Part shown: piece by piece, positions 33,385 through 35,015 of the stretch | Position numbering within the stretch: position 1 is the stretch's first letter | Layout of the letters: each line of letters starts with the position of its first letter | Origin: Trichosphaerium sp. ATCC 40318 | Taxonomy: Eukaryota; Protista; Tubulinea | Assembly: GCA_038496445.1 (NCBI GenBank) | Contig: JALMLS010000383.1 | Coordinates: 1-35,015, forward strand | Length of the DNA stretch: 35,015 bases | Reading direction: 5' to 3' | Position numbers and translations under genes: made by a program | The notes under the pieces: model-generated | What the model was told of the DNA's origin: nothing | The model's input: only the letters and a program-made list of their open reading frames with translations | The model's database searches: none

Positions 33385-33645
33385 TCTCGCTCACAACGCT
33401 CCTGAAACGCATGCAAATAGTCGAACTTGGCTCTTCTACGCATGTAAAGCCCGTACAGAGGCGGAAACGTTTAAGTGCAAGTCGACATAAAAAAAGTTGC
33501 ACAATTGAAGCGAGATGCACTGTAGTATTTGCCTTGATAGTAATTTTGATATGAGACGCATAATAAGCAACCAACTGTTTGCTCATATTACACTCAACAT
33601 TTAAACTACTAGTAGACCTTTGAGACGTTTTTACTCACCTGAGAG

Positions 33646-33812
33646 CCATCTTACACTTCAATCGCTACTTTTAGAATGTAGCTATACATATCCTTCCTAG
33701 GCAGGCAAACCTTTTTGCGATTCGTTTTTGCTGTACCGAGGGAAAGTACTGACAGTCAAAGTTTTGTTCGAAAACTCATTTTTTCGGTGATTCTGAAAAT
33801 GTCTTCTCAAAA
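33646..33812 (+). repeat. Dispersed ~180-bp repeat, copy 2
   Basis: Similar to 9592-9770. Confidence 0.85.
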
Positions 33813-34134
33813 CCTAGCTCCCCATGTTCAAAAAACAGTACAAAGGGCTTGGTTGCTAGATTTACAAATTTGCTTTCATTGTTTAGCACTTAACGCAAAG
33901 AGCTAATTCAAAATAAGCAAGTTAAGCGGAAACACGTTTATAACTACTAAGGTCATTTTGACAAATTGTACGCTCAAAAACGATTACCCTAAAAAGCAGT
34001 ATGCTGATTATTATCCACTACTATACCGCCATTCACTATTTCTACGCAGAAATGGCTGTAGCATCAGTTAGATGAAAATAGAGTACGCCAAAAAGCTGAT
34101 AAAAACAATCAAAAAAAGTTTCTCCATTTGGAAT

Positions 34135-34900
34135 TTATTTTTCTTTTTTTTTTTCCGCTCTGTGTTTCTTTAGTATTAATGACATATCATCATCATACTT
34201 TTCATAAGCTTTATCGAAACCTCCAGCCTTAGGTAGAATATTGGCAAGCTCAGGAAAGTCATTCATAAACTGTTTAAAAGCAGTATACCACCAACTGAAC
34301 TCTCGTAACACAGAAGCCAACTAAAATAATTAGTACATCACGGTTATCTAAAAAACATCATGTTCTTCACTAGGGTTTCTATCCCCTAAGCTCAAGAAGG
34401 GAAATGGCAAGAACATGGTTTTAATTAACAAGCTACGTACAGGTAAATTCCATGGTTTAACAATCCCTGGATAATGCATTATTCTTGTCTCATTTATCGG
34501 TTCTGCAGCACGTGAATCAACCATAAAGTACCTAAAATTAATAGCATAAGATATTAGAAAGTACATTGATGACTATCTTGTAGTAACAGCGGTATTAGAT
34601 AACATACAAAGGTAAGATGTGCCACTTATTCAGAAGGTATCTTTCAAAAAATATTTGATCTGTCAAGTCTTGATCCTTTTCTTCTCCTTTCCATAGCGTA
34701 ACATGTTCAGGTGATATCAATGTTTTCTTTAGTAACTCAAAATATTCGACAGAAGGATTAAATAAAAAAAATCCTAATCGAACTAAGCAACAAACGAAGG
34801 TCAAAGAACACGTGAAATACGACATAGAATATTTGAAAAAAAAAATAAAAAGAACCTGTGTTCATTGCATCACGCCTCTCATTCGTCCATTCAAAACACC
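34135..34900 (-). CDS. Glycosyltransferase family 8 (glycogenin-like), 3' exons; 5' part probably outside the window
   Basis: MNTG|FFLFNPS, TDQIFFERY..WHILP and IMHYPGIVKPW are GT8 motifs. Confidence 0.8.
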
Positions 34901-35015
34901 CTACAAGCTTTAAATATTCGTTCTTTCATTAATCCGGCTATTTATTAAAAAATTGAATCTAGCAAGAGCTCTAGAACAAAAGGAAAAACACTGAAACTTC
35001 GCTTTCCAAAAAAAA

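Noticed and set aside
21689-34900. Glycogen gene cluster (CBM48-PARG plus glycogenin-like GT8)
   Set aside because: About 10 kb apart with unrelated genes between, and GT8 specificity cannot be assigned.

Overview
AT-rich, gene-dense eukaryotic DNA with many short spliceosomal introns (mostly 35-90 nt); the gene content suggests a free-living protist, possibly an amoebozoan (inference). Most genes are split, so I spliced them by eye. Host genes: DUF1152-like protein, glutathionyl-hydroquinone reductase/omega-like GST, LRR transmembrane protein, SSAT-like GNAT, arrestin-domain protein, three F-box-like + MORN-variant paralogues, a triple EH-domain protein, two surface proteins, a GT8 glycosyltransferase, and a PARG-family hydrolase with a CBM48 module inserted inside its PARG domain. 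Mobile DNA: (i) a 3.4-kb IS630/Tc1-type element (141-bp TIRs, TA duplication) carrying an intron-containing D-D38-E transposase and a second, divergent, intron-rich gene with a Cys/His finger, a p97-binding SHP-box-like motif and a GRF-like zinc finger; (ii) a 1.96-kb pogo/Fot1 DD35D element; (iii) a 1-kb non-coding TIR element with TTAGGG repeats; (iv) a gag zinc-knuckle remnant. The best candidates for something undescribed are the two-gene IS630/Tc1 element and the CBM48-PARG fusion. All exon models are manual and need RNA-seq or HMM confirmation.
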